A stretch of 64,000 nt of DNA. It comes from Haliotis rubra (taxonomy: Eukaryota). A program made the translations under genes and the position numbers. The DNA lies in contig NW_025767079.1 in assembly GCF_003918875.1 (NCBI RefSeq), positions 6,448,001 to 6,512,000 of the forward strand, written 5' to 3'. Position 1 is the first letter of the stretch, and the number at the start of each line of letters is the position of its first letter. Positions 48,746-60,654 of the stretch are shown here, in pieces. Under the pieces are notes generated by a model, which was given only the letters and a program-made list of their open reading frames with translations, did no database searches and was not told where the DNA came from.

Positions 48746-48937
48746 GACAGCATTTATTATCTTCAAGTTATTATATCTTTTCGAGTCATACTTTGAACAC
48801 ACGCCTCGTCTCGTCTCATCATAATGGAATCGTCCAAACTCGGCACGTGCTTAAACTGTTACGACAATGGACAAAACACTCATATAGGTCTGATGCTACC
48901 TCTAGTACTGCAATAACTCCTTACGTTGGGTTCCGTG

Positions 48938-49135
48938 TAGTCTGTCTCACAGTCCCTGAACCACATTATTTTCCCTACTGCCAAGGCCTCTCTGCAGTGT
49001 TAAAGCCCTAAATAAAGCAAGACTAGATTTCCTCAGGTTCAGGCTCTCTGGTCTCCCTGGGGCTCCTTTTCAATTTAAATGGGCTTGTTTGTTACTATCA
49101 AAATGATATATATTCAGAGACTAAGCATTAGTCTA
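48938..49135 (+). mobile_element. Family E non-autonomous DNA transposon (TAG..CTA ends, 9-bp TSD)
   Basis: Near-identical to 58692-58889; TSD GGTTCCGTG / GGGTCCCTG. Confidence 0.85.
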
Positions 49136-49598
49136 GGGTCCCTGCTTGATTTACCACAATGACTGAAATGAATGAACCTTACTCACTCACTCCATGTCCA
49201 GATGCTGCTGCAGTTGCTGATGCTGCTGATGATCAAAGTTTGAAGATAACAATGATGATGATAACAGCGATAACAGTTGATGCTAGCTATAGCCGGTTAT
49301 ATTACTAAACGCAACCTAAATTTTTTTAATCCATTTCCCGTTACATCTACAGATGAAATCAGCGACAAACATGACAATAGATACATTTTACTACACCGAA
49401 AACTATTTCTTTCAGCTTTCCAGTGCAGATTTAGACAGACAACAAATTAGCTGGATCTTCCAATTTTGTTACCAATATTGACTTTAATTTGAAATATAAT
49501 TAAATTTTGCAGATGTTCCTCAATCGTGATTCAGAACTGAAACATTCGAAGCTGGTGTCTGTCCTCGGCAATGTTATGAGGAGAGGATAGATTAACTC

Positions 49599-49730
49599 TT
49601 AGTCTCTGAAAATATATAATTTTGAAACAAACTCCATTTAAAGTGATTTAATTTGATGGGAGATTGAACCTAAAGAAACTCAAGGCCTCCTTCATTACAG
49701 AAATCAAAATAGGGTGCTGGGACTGTGAGA
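49599..49730 (-). mobile_element. Family E, degenerate
   Basis: ttagtctctgaaaatatataattttga...gggactgtgaga. Confidence 0.55.
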
Positions 49731-49984
49731 TGAACTTAACAACCGTCAGCTGATGAGAACTACCATTCATTTCACTAGTGCACTAAGGTCGAACCTCTAA
49801 ACTAAACGTGTATGGCATTGTTAGTGTCAGGGACCATAGAGTTTCTAGTAAAAATATTTTCACAAGTCTTAATTCAACCGTTACATCCTTCCGTATAATT
49901 GCATGGCAACATATGTTGGATGTGTTTAACAATGCTGGCGTTTAATAAACCAAGGCTGGTGGGCATTGTAATCTTTGTGTTGCA

Positions 49985-50140
49985 GGAGCGGTGGGGTAGC
50001 CTAGTGATTAAAGCGTTGGCTCGTCACGCCGAAGACCGGGTTCGATTCCCCACATGGGTACAATGTGTGAAGCCCATTTCTGGTGTCCCATGCCGTTATA
50101 TTCCTGAAATATTGTTAAACGTTGTAAAACTAAATTCAGT
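49985..50140 (+). mobile_element. Family A SINE
   Basis: Consensus head and body, diverged tail. Confidence 0.85.
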
Positions 50141-50281
50141 CGTAGGGGCGGTTGTGATATTAGGTGAAAGGGTGTCCTCCACCGGGGAAATGACGTCATT
50201 ATCATTTGCATATTTGGCTGGGTAAATCTTTCGTCACGTTTGTAAAAAAGCTGGAATCTAACGGTACATACGGACAGTGCT

Positions 50282-50505
50282 TCGTGAAAGTTTGTCTTAG
50301 AACTGGTCTTCAGCAACCCATACTTGTTGTAAGAGGCGACTAACGGGATCTGATGGTCAGACTTGGTTGACACATGTCATCGTATCCCAATTGCCTAGAT
50401 CGATGCCGTTGATGACAATCACTGGATTATCTTGTCCAGACGCGATTACAGACCGGCGCCATATAGCTGGAATATTGGAGATGGGCGTTAAACAACAAAC
50501 AAACG
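50282..50505 (+). mobile_element. Family B retroposon, diverged
   Basis: gtcttcagcaacccatacttgttgtaagaggcgactaacgggatc... + tail (CAAA)n. Confidence 0.8.
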
Positions 50506-50803
50506 AAACTGACCGTTTTGGAAACAGACTTTGTCTTCTGCTGAACAGTGGAGACGTTCAGTGTTTCCACTGCTTTGGATGATGTTAAGTCTCACGTTGG
50601 CATACAATCTCATATGCAAGGACGTATACCATTTGGCAAACAGCACAACATCAGCAAGGCCTGATCCAGCAAGGCCTGCGTAAAAACTAAACTCACCCAC
50701 TTACTCAAAACCACGTAATTATCACGAAAGATGATGAGCCTGGGTTATTCCTTAAAAGGAGTCAGCAGTCATTTATTGTACATGTACCTGCTATTCCAAG
50801 GTT

Positions 50804-51003
50804 ACCCGTGAAGATCCGGGTTAGAATTGGCCTTCAGTAGCCCATGCTCTTCCTAAGAGGCGACCAGGCTCGGGTGGTCACGCTCGCTGACTTGGTTGAC
50901 ATCATGATGTTGATCACTGGATTGTCTGGTCCAGACTCGATTATATACAGATCGCCGCCCTATAGCTGCAGTATTGCTGAGTGCGGCGTAAAACTAAACT
51001 CAC
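50804..51003 (+). mobile_element. Family B retroposon with internal deletions
   Basis: ACCCGTGAAGATCC head and shared tail. Confidence 0.82.
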
Positions 51004-51154
51004 TGCTATTTCAAGGTAATTGGGTATATTTCCACAAATACTAGCAGCTATTACACTGGCACTGCGTGTGGAAATGGATTGGTGTCATCAAACCTTCGGG
51101 CATCACTCGATGACTACCTTTAAACTAACACTGCGGACCCTGAGCATATACGAA

Positions 51155-51320
51155 GGTGGTGGGTCGGGCTAATGGTTAAAGCTTTCGTCACGACGAAGAC
51201 CCGGTTCGATTCCCCACATGGGTACAATGTGTGAAACCCATTTATGGTGTCCCCCGCCATGATATTGCTGGAATATTGCTACAAACGGCGTAAAACCCAA
51301 CTCACTGACTGACTCACTCT
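51155..51320 (+). mobile_element. Family A SINE
   Basis: Consensus match. Confidence 0.85.
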
Positions 51321-51960
51321 CTCTAACTCACCTGAACGTACAATATATTAGTGACCACCTCCTGGGCTGTGAGTGTGGTGTACGTTTCACTGAGCGAGTT
51401 AGTGATGTTGTCTGGCAGTGAGACACTGTATTGTCTATGTCAAGCGCAGGTGCAATCAACATTGTACGTCCCGAGTGTATCCGGACAATGAGACCAACAG
51501 CTGGTTCACACAGCCTACTTAAATATTTGCCTGACTACAGGCTTTTCGACTAAATTCAAATAAAGCACGAAACATTATACAGCTAGGATTATATTCAAAG
51601 CCTGTTTTAAAAATGACCTTGAAAAGTTCAACCCAACACAAAACGGAATCGTTTACCGTTATTGGTTGTTGATTTCCATTTAATTTGAACACGTCTATAG
51701 CAGAAGGTTCTCTAAATGCCAAAAAGCTCTTATACACTGGCTGTTACTTTTTGTGTTGATATTGATTCCAGTGGGTATGTTTTGCTAAGTAGTATTAGAT
51801 TCGCGTTGTTTATTCAGCTTGCAGAACAACATTAATGAATCATGTCTTTTGTACCAATATCGAAGAGGGGTCGTAATGCCCCAAAACAGTGAGGGTGTTT
51901 TTACATTACGCCTTTCAAGCAAGGGCAGCATTGCGAAAATAAGTCTTACCCATTATTCAT

Positions 51961-52321
51961 TACTACTCAAAACAAGTAAGGAACACCGATTCTTTTTTTA
52001 TTTTACCATTGCTACATGTAATCTGTCATGTCGTAAATGAAATAATATAGAAATATTGGGTGATTCTAAACATATTTTGAATGGTATATTCACGCTGCCG
52101 CACCGTACATTAATGAATAGAGACAAAGAGCGTCGTCTAATTCATTAATGTTCAGTTCTACTCAAAACAAGTTAAGGACCACCGATTCTTTCAGTTTACA
52201 ATAGTTATTATGTCATGTTATAAATGAAATAATATGAAAGGATTGGGTGGTTTCTAAACATATTTTGAGTGGTATAAACTCATGATGCTGCACTGTATTA
52301 ATGAATAGAGACAAAGAGCGT
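51961..52321 (+). repeat. Diverged ~195-bp tandem duplication
   Basis: ctactcaaaacaagt-aagga-caccgattcttt...aatgaatagagacaaagagcgt occurs at 51963-52132 and 52158-52321. Confidence 0.8.
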
Positions 52322-52977
52322 AACCCTGTCGTACAGATGTCGGACAACAGTTGAAAAGAAACAATCCTGGCGGGCTTAATATGTTGCTAAACTGAAGTTA
52401 CAAAACACACTATGGTTTTATTTGTTTGGGACGAGATTGTCAGATTGGCAAGTCGTGTACATGGATATTTATGATGAATTAAAACATTTCAGCAACAAAT
52501 ACCACGGATATAATACAATAGATATTGACTGTTTGTTGGCGATCTAATCTATTTATCACTGTACATACACGAAAGAGCGTATATATATATGAATATATAT
52601 ATATGACTGCATATTTGTACATATAAACGTGTTTGCTCTCGCGTTGTGTGGTGATTTTTTTAAGCGATAGTAGCAATAATGTTATAAAATATCATCAATA
52701 AACTGCGAATAAACTGTTTCGTATTATATGCATAATTCTGTATTATATAGAATGAATAAAGCTGTTGAATAGCAATAATCGTCGTCACTATTCTGGGATT
52801 CGTGGAGAAATGCAGTTTATCCATTTTATAATGGTATATCCCATTTCCATCCCCATGTGTTGAAACCAACAACGCTTTAAATATCAAGCCAGTCAAAATA
52901 CAATGACAGTTTCTTCATGACAGAAACAAGGGGTGTCCATTGTTCGAGATGCAACCTTTGCATGGAAAATAGTATGT

Positions 52978-53222
52978 GACCCGTGAAGATCCGGGTTAGA
53001 ATTGATCTTCAGTAACCGATGCTTGACGTAAGAGGCGACTAAAGGGATCGGGTGGTCAGGTTCGCTGACTTGGTTGACACATGTCATCGGTTCCCAATTG
53101 CGTAGATCGCTGCTCATGCTGTTGATCACTGGTTTGTCTGGTCCAGACTCGATAATTTACAGACCGCCGCCATATAGATGGAATATTGCTCGGTGCGGCG
53201 TAAAACTAAACTCACCCACTCA
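52978..53222 (+). mobile_element. Family B retroposon, near-consensus
   Basis: Full head, body and tail. Confidence 0.9.
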
Positions 53223-53361
53223 CAATATTATGCTTACTGGTTGTTCGTTTCAAGGCCGTTATTTAGCGAGATACATTCTTTGCGGAGGTAGTCTTCAGAT
53301 AGAGTTGATGATTTCACTTCCGACACATCGACGAGGAATTAGCCTAGGGGTTTTATCACAA

Positions 53362-53517
53362 GAGTGAGTGAGTGTTGTTTTGCGCAGCTTCTAAGAATAT
53401 GCCAGGACGGGGGACTCAACCATCAAGACATGGGCTTCACACACTGTACCCATGAAGGGAATCGAACCTCTCTTTACCGCGTGACAAGCGAACGCTTTAA
53501 CCACTAGTTTACCCCAT
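53362..53517 (-). mobile_element. Family A SINE, diverged
   Basis: Reverse-complement match. Confidence 0.75.
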
Positions 53518-55389
53518 CTGTCCTTTATCACTATAGAATGGAGATATACTGCACTTGATAAGTGAGGATGGGAGGCCGCAGATACATTCCTCGATATTCG
53601 GCCTGTGTCGTTAAAACGATGGTATAACCTTAACATCAAACGGAGGACGATGAGTATTGTTTCATGCCGCAGATATGCTGCTGTATCATAGCAACCTGTA
53701 AATATAACTGTCTAGACCAACAAACCAGTGGTTGACAGCATGAAGTCCACTATAACACACTAGTTGTCACCATCCGACTTTCACTGGAAAATAGTGAGTT
53801 TGGTTAACACCATAGATCAGTATACCAAATATACAACGACGTGTCAGCTTAAAGTGGGAGAAAAACCCGGAGTAATGAAGATCACGACGTTTAGCACTTT
53901 GGTAACCTCCACGAACGCAGGTATGTTGCATAATCGGAGTGAACCGGCTTCGAATCACATTTATAGGATCCTGACGTCTCCAAGGGACGCAACTCACCCA
54001 TTTTTAAGTGGACAGGTTAAGTTGGTAGCCTGTGGTTGGAAGGTTCCCTCGTAACGCCGAAGACCTGGTGTTCTGGTTTCTACTGAACTAATATTGCAAA
54101 AGCGGCGTAAAACCATTCTCCCTCGTAAACAAAATAAGATAAAGTTAGGTACACTGTAACATAGAAGGCTATGGTTGTAATACGTACTCGTTGACTTCCC
54201 AAGTGAGAATTGTTTATTTTGACTTGGGCTGGGCTTCTTTTCCTACGACGAGCCCGTACACAATGTTTTGCTGCAAAGATGAGAGGTAAGTACATCGCGT
54301 GATGAAGACACCGATAGCGAAGGATTATTTCGGTACAATGCATAGGCTAGAGTACTAAACCAAACGCCCATGCTCACGACAGACTCGTAAATAGACCAGA
54401 ATACAAATACCAAACCAAAACACGACAGCAACAGGCGAGCATGCAGCCACGCAACTGTTTACACATATTGTGTCTACGCTGATGGCAGGGACGCCTGTGA
54501 AATCGCTTGTCCTGTATGAAATAGACACGTACAGTTGTTCATTTCAGTATCAATGTCAGTGATTTAAAGTTGCTTAGCAACGTGTTTTTGGTTGCAAGAA
54601 TCACGAGTATTGCTAAGCGACTCGTACACGTGTGTTTATCTGTCGTCGTTAGTAAACAAAACACGAAAAATCCGTTTTTTTTATATTGTAATTAAAACAA
54701 CTATTTCTGTAACTGTATATACACACAGATAAGGAATGTTTTGTGTGCATACGTGCAAATGGACGCAAAAATGTTTAAATGTTCTAAATCTGGGGCTCCT
54801 TTTTAATTTAAATGGACACGTAAATGTGAACTCGACATTAAGATTAAAGAATTCGTTTATCAGAGAAGCCGATGTATGTTGCTTTGTTGGGAGAGTAATA
54901 TACACATGGTCGAGTGATCTTTACAGTGAGTCAGGTTGGTAGGTATCACAAATCTGTGTATACAGCAAGTCATTAAATTATCCCCAATATTATGTCATTT
55001 GAAGAAATATTCTTGGTTTTGTTAAGAACAGTTACTTTGAGATCATATGCTGGACATTCAGTGACATATAGTGTGAGTCTGGCTTGAGTTACGTCCCTTG
55101 GCCGTGTCAGGATCGCCTGATTGAGGTAGGCATTCTGATTCTTCCTGGTCTATAATTTTTACGCTGACGCTGACGTTTGTAGATGATGAAAACGAAAATA
55201 TCTTAGTTCTACATCGCTTGGGGTTTCCCCACAAGCCCCACAACGAAAGTGTCCCACTGATGCACTGGTGAAGTTGGAGTCTAGCAAATTGTCTAGTAAT
55301 TCTCACTAGGTTATACTCAATACTTTATTAATTCGGCTCGTCAGGTCCAGTTTTACAAAGTGATCTCAGTAATGATACTGCTACAGCGA

Positions 55390-55547
55390 GTAGGTGATGT
55401 AGCCTAGTGGTTAATGCGTTCGGTCCTCATGCCGAAGACCCGAGTTCGAAGCTCCAGAAGGGTTCTATGTTTGAAGATCTTTTTAGTGTCCCCACCATAA
55501 TGTTGTTTGAATATTGCTAAAAGCTGCTAAAGGCTATACTCGCTCAC
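55390..55547 (+). mobile_element. Family A SINE, diverged
   Basis: gtagcctagtggttaatgcgttcgg...gccgaagacccgagttcgaa...gaatattgctaaaagc. Confidence 0.75.
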
Positions 55548-55699
55548 TAAGTACTGAGAGTAATAGTGAGTGAGTAACATGGGTTTGACTCCGTTTTGAA
55601 ACGTATTTCAGTTGTGTGACGGCTTGAATAGGCTGATATGAAAAAAAATGCCTCTTTGATGAAACACTGTTATTATTATTATTAATATAGGATATTTAT

Positions 55700-56098
55700 T
55701 AGGGGTGTCGCGATACGCGAATGTATCGATACATCGATACATTTTTACTGACGATACGATACGCGATACATGCTTGCGTGTATCGATTCCTATTTTAAGA
55801 CTTTATCGATTCAAATTTTTATGCTATATCCATCTCCGTCAAAGTCTTGATAGTAAAATTATACCAGACCGCTCCGATAAATAGATGTAGCTAGCTTTAC
55901 TTAAAAAATAGGTTGGAAACTAACAGCTTTTGTGATTGGCTAGACTATTTTGATGGACCAGTCAGCGAACGCGTACATTGCCGGTAAGGTAATGCTATGA
56001 AAAGGCGCGATAATTATGTATCGCGATACGTATCGTATCGTGACCTTAAAATCGTGATACGTATCGTATCGTGAGATTGGTGTATCGTGACACCCCTA
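55700..56098. mobile_element. hAT-like MITE with perfect 8-bp TSD
   Basis: TIRs TAGGGGTGTCGCGATAC / GTATCGTGACACCCCTA; subterminal (CGATA)n repeats; ATATTTAT at 55692-55699 and 56099-56106. Confidence 0.88.
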
Positions 56099-56583
56099 AT
56101 ATTTATATAGCACACATATCCACGCAACTAGTGCATGCTCAAGGCGCTGGTATTTTTTTCTCCTCGATCATTGGATGTCAATCTCAACGGCACATCGTGT
56201 TATCAATCTCAACTTCCTGGGGAGTATACAACTCTTGCAGCCACTAGGCGCATCGAGTTATTGTGGCTTTCTCATCCTAACGAGTGACCATTCACAGCTG
56301 GGTGGACTGGGACATATAGTCACAGTACTTTGTCCAAGTTCACTGCACGTTCTGTACCCGCAACTAGGTGTTTGCACGTATTCATGTGGCCACCATCTGG
56401 TCATATACCAACGGATGCGTGGGTTCTTTTAAGTGCACAGGGTTGTGTACTGTACACTAGGGGTTGTGACAACACGGAAAGAGTCTACAGACAAAGTTGA
56501 CAAAAGTGGGCTCGATCCCGGCACCTCAACCTCGCTGGATCACTGGCGCCTGGCGCCTTAACCAGCTCGCCCACCGCGCCCAC
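56099..56583 (-). mobile_element. Full-length tRNA-headed composite SINE (family D) with Meta-like and Deu/Nin-like blocks
   Basis: Minus strand: A box TGGGCGAGCTGG, B box GGATCGAGCCC, GTGCACTTAAAAGAACCCACG (Meta-like), GTCCACCCAGCTGTGAATGG (Deu-like), L2/CR1-like tail whose (TAA)n end lies at 55670-55699 beyond the MITE. Confidence 0.75.
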
Positions 56584-56612
56584 TATCAGGGATTCGAACT
56601 CAGAATCTGTTA

Positions 56613-56777
56613 AGTGAGTGAGTATGGTTTTACGCCGCTTTTAGCAATATTCCAGCAATATCACGGCGGGGGACACCAAAATGGGCTTCACGCATTGTTC
56701 CCATGTGGGGAATCGAACCGGGGGGGTTTTCAGCTTTACGGGCGAACACTTTAACCACAAGGCTACCCCACCGCCCC
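56613..56777 (-). mobile_element. Family A SINE
   Basis: Full-length reverse-complement match; an extra A head lies at 56871-56912. Confidence 0.88.
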
Positions 56778-58691
56778 TCCTGTTTGAAGAAACCAAAAGC
56801 AATAAGCCATAAACAGAGATGCGTAACAAACCATGGATCATAATCAGTGCTTCAGATTGGCCGGTCCAATGTGACGGGCGAACGCTTTAACCATTATGTT
56901 ACCCCACCGCCCCAGAATCTGTTAAGGAATAGGGTACACGGCAGTCGAAACTCTAAGATTGGGTGATGAAACTGGCTCCTTTCGTTTGTAATTACAAGTA
57001 ATAAAAGCACTAAATAACACAAACGGCGCGCGATTTCCATTGACAGAGCGATAGAATACAACCCTCCCACCTATGACGTCACAACATACGAACACTCACA
57101 TAGGACACGTCCTATGACTTACTTGGCCATAAAGCATTATAGCTAGACTTAAAATATTGCAAAATCAATATCACATTGGCTGAATAAGGTTTTCTTCCTG
57201 GTCTCAAGCACTGAAATGACATTTGACTCAATGTCCATTTAATGAGATTATGGATTTCATGATTTTCTAAAGTCCCAGAGTTTCGGATAATGAGGCTATG
57301 GATTTTATAATTTTCCAGAACCATTTTATTTCATCAGACCTAAATGGTTTTAAATTAACAAATATGCAGCATGATCAGCTAACTGCCTTCAATTTCATTG
57401 CTCTTTTTTTCATTTACAAGTGATTGATTGGTGCGTGCAGTGAAGACCAGTATCCCAGGAGGGTAACACGACGTGGAACCGCCCTGTGAGCGGTGTTCAG
57501 GGTGCAGTAAAGGACTACAATGATTTGTGTATAAGTAGCGAAACACGAACTGATTTCACGCGCTGGTTTACACTTAATGATCCTTACAGAAGTGTGAAAC
57601 TAACATTTTATAGTGTTTCTTTTACGGGGTACACCATGTAGGGATTCCACAGCCTTGTGTGAGAGAAATCAAGCAAGTATGCGAATTCAGATATATAAAT
57701 CAACAGTGGCCGACGTAAATTCGCCTCGCGTCAACTCGCGTCGAACCGCGTCGCGTCGCCTTGACCCCATAGCTGTCAGGAGTCAACACAGGCCTTACAA
57801 TAACCATGAGGTAGCATATGACACAGGTCTAAGAGGGTTTGTTTAATTGTTCCTAAAACTTGAAACCGTATATCCAAAAAGGAAATATTTAGTTAGATTT
57901 CATACATGTTGTTTTTTATGTTGAATATCTGATGGGGAACTTTTAACATTTGATATTGAAGGAGTTTATACCCCTCACATGAATTTTGTCTTCATCTAAT
58001 AAGAAATTTAAACAGCATTTAAAAATGGAGAACGCTGCCATCTTTATGACAGACGTAACGTCAGTCTGGAACAAATGATGACATGATACAATGGATGATG
58101 TCACATTTGACGTCACTGAACCTGCCTGATTAGCAGAATGTGACCAAAAAAACTAACCGTATTATCAGATTTAGTCCAGATTTCCAATAACCAGTCAATG
58201 GAATAACAGTACATACCCCTATTACAATTTCTATTACCGATTTGATATAATTCTTACTTCCACCTCAGTACACACATAAGGATGCCTCAAGCATTCAGGC
58301 TATCACCATAGTCACAAATAGTCGTTTTCAATGGCTGGAGTTTAAGCATTATTTTGTTAATATTCGACCACCAATGGCTTTTTTTTGTCAGGAAAGGCCA
58401 TACATTTTTTTCCCGATAACAGAAAGTCAGTACCCCATGGTCTTCTATTTGGGGTTGACGTTTTGCAAGATACAAACACATTTCTTGAAAAACGAGTGGC
58501 CTCATAATCTGGTCATTGACCTCCGCCTCCTCAAAACAGGGAATTACCTTGCGGTAATCAGAGATTATAGATAAGAGATGGAGTTGGATTAACATAGTTT
58601 TTAACAGCATTACTGTTTTTTAACAAATAATGGAAAATCACATCGCCGAGACCGAAGAGGCCAACAGTGGTCTTCATCACGTGGAAATGCA

Positions 58692-58889
58692 TAGTCTGTC
58701 TCACAGTCCCTGAACCACATTATTTTCCCTACTGCCAAGCTCTCTCTGCAGTGCTAAAGCCTTAAACAAAGCAAGTCTAGATTTCCTCAGGTTCAGGCTC
58801 TCTGGTCTCCCTGGGGCTCCTTTTCAATTTAAATGGGCTTGTTTGTTACTATCAAAATTATATATATTCAGAGACTAAGCATTAGTCTA
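58692..58889 (+). mobile_element. Family E DNA transposon
   Basis: TAGTCTG...TTAGTCTA; TSD GGAAATGCA / GGAAATGTA. Confidence 0.88.
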
Positions 58890-59136
58890 GGAAATGTATA
58901 ACAAGGTTCGGAACCAGGAAGACGCACTAAGAGCTTCTCTGACCCATATAGTAAGATTTGAGGTTAGCAGTTATCGGAGACCGCCTGTGGGTCAACTTGC
59001 TCATTGAAAAGTGGGGCGTGGGCTTTTCTGTTACCAATAAAAGTAAACAGAACAGGCTGATACAGGCGATTTGTAATGTGAAAGGCGTCACAGTTAGGCT
59101 ACCAGCCAGCCTTGTGGCCGTCTGATATACCACGGT

Positions 59137-59395
59137 ACCCGTGAAGATCCGGGTTACGATTGATCTTCAGTAACCCCTGCTTGTTATAAGAGGCGACTAA
59201 CGGGATCGGGTGGTCAGGCTCGCTGACTTTGTTGACACATGTCATCGGTTCCTAATTGCGTAGATCGATGCTCATGCTGTTGATGACTGGATTGTCTGGT
59301 CCAGACTCGATTATATACAGGCCGCCGCGTTATAGCTGGAATATTGCTGAGTGCGGCGATTAAAAAGTAACAAAACAAACAAACAAATAAAACAA
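59137..59395 (+). mobile_element. Family B retroposon (followed by a tandem 3' fragment at 59400-59500)
   Basis: Near-consensus head and body, (CAAA)n tail. Confidence 0.9.
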
Positions 59396-59766
59396 ACATG
59401 ATGGATGTCAATCACTCGACTGCCTTGTCCAGACTGGATTATTCACAGATCGCCGCCATATAGCTGGAATATTGAGTGTGGCGCCAAACAACAAACAACA
59501 CCAAAATTATGAACAACGGTGACACAACGACAGCAAAAGTGTGACAGTGTAGCAAGAATATGATTACGACGCTGACGACAATGCTTCTAAATTCACGTAA
59601 TGATAACGAAGAGAAATGGAAATTGATGTTGACGCCCTTAACGATGTTATCTAGGTTATGTGTACTGATGTAATTTGTGGCTTTCTCGACCAACCCAAAA
59701 TGACAAATTCTTCTGAAGCTATATCCAACTGGGCAAGGAAACATTTTATCCTAGAAGGGATGTGAC

Positions 59767-59963
59767 TAGTCTGTCTCACAGTCCCTGAACCACATTAATT
59801 TCCCTACTGCCGAGCCCTCTCTGCAGTGCTTAAGTCCTAAATAAAGCAAGTCTAGATTTCCTCAGGTCTGAATCTCTGGTCTCCCTAGGGCTCCTTTTCA
59901 ATGTAAATGGGCTTGTTTGTTACTATCAAAATTATATATATTCAGAGACTAAGCCTTAGTCTA
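59767..59963 (+). mobile_element. Family E DNA transposon
   Basis: Perfect 9-bp TSD GGATGTGAC (59758-59766, 59964-59972). Confidence 0.9.
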
Positions 59964-60462
59964 GGATGTGACGAGCGAACGCTTTAACCATTAGGGCTAC
60001 CTCACCACCCCGTCATGCTTGGAATCATTCCACCTAGGATAAAATCAACAACCATAATAACTATAATTTGGAAAATGGTATGATATTACTACCACTGGAA
60101 TTCCCGCCATGTTTTGAAGGGTCATATGAGACAGAGTGAGTGAGGTAAGTTTAACGCTGCCAGTTATGTTCTGGTTCCAGCGTGTCAGCTAAATGTGGGG
60201 GTAAAGATCCAAGTAATGCAGGTCACAGACACTTACCAATTTGTGGAACCCACAAACCCGGGTATGGTGCCGACAAACCTAGAAGTATGATCGGGGCGAG
60301 CCGGGATTCGAACCCAATTGGAGAGACTGGCATGTCTATACATGCACGCAATGAACTGATAAACTTATACGATACAAGCCTAGTTTATGTTCAAAAGAGT
60401 TAGATTTTGCAACGCAACGAGATTATGTTGACTTAGTCTGTAAGTTCAGACAACTTTATCAG

Positions 60463-60654
60463 TAGACTAATGCTTATAGTATCTGAATGTATATTATTTG
60501 GATAGTAACAAACAAACCCATTTAAACTGAAAAGGAGCCCCAGGGAAACCTGAACCTGAGGAAATCTAGACTTGCTTAATTTAGGGCTTTAGCACTGCAG
60601 AGAGGGCTTGGCAGTAGGGAAAATAATGTGGTTCAGGGACTGTGAGACAGACTA
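60463..60654 (-). mobile_element. Family E DNA transposon
   Basis: Perfect 9-bp TSD CTTTATCAG (60454-60462, 60655-60663). Confidence 0.9.

Noticed and set aside
58692-58889. Helitron interpretation of family E (3' hairpin + CTAG)
   Set aside because: 9-bp TSDs place the end at ...AGTCTA, and the G belongs to the TSD; Helitrons make no TSD
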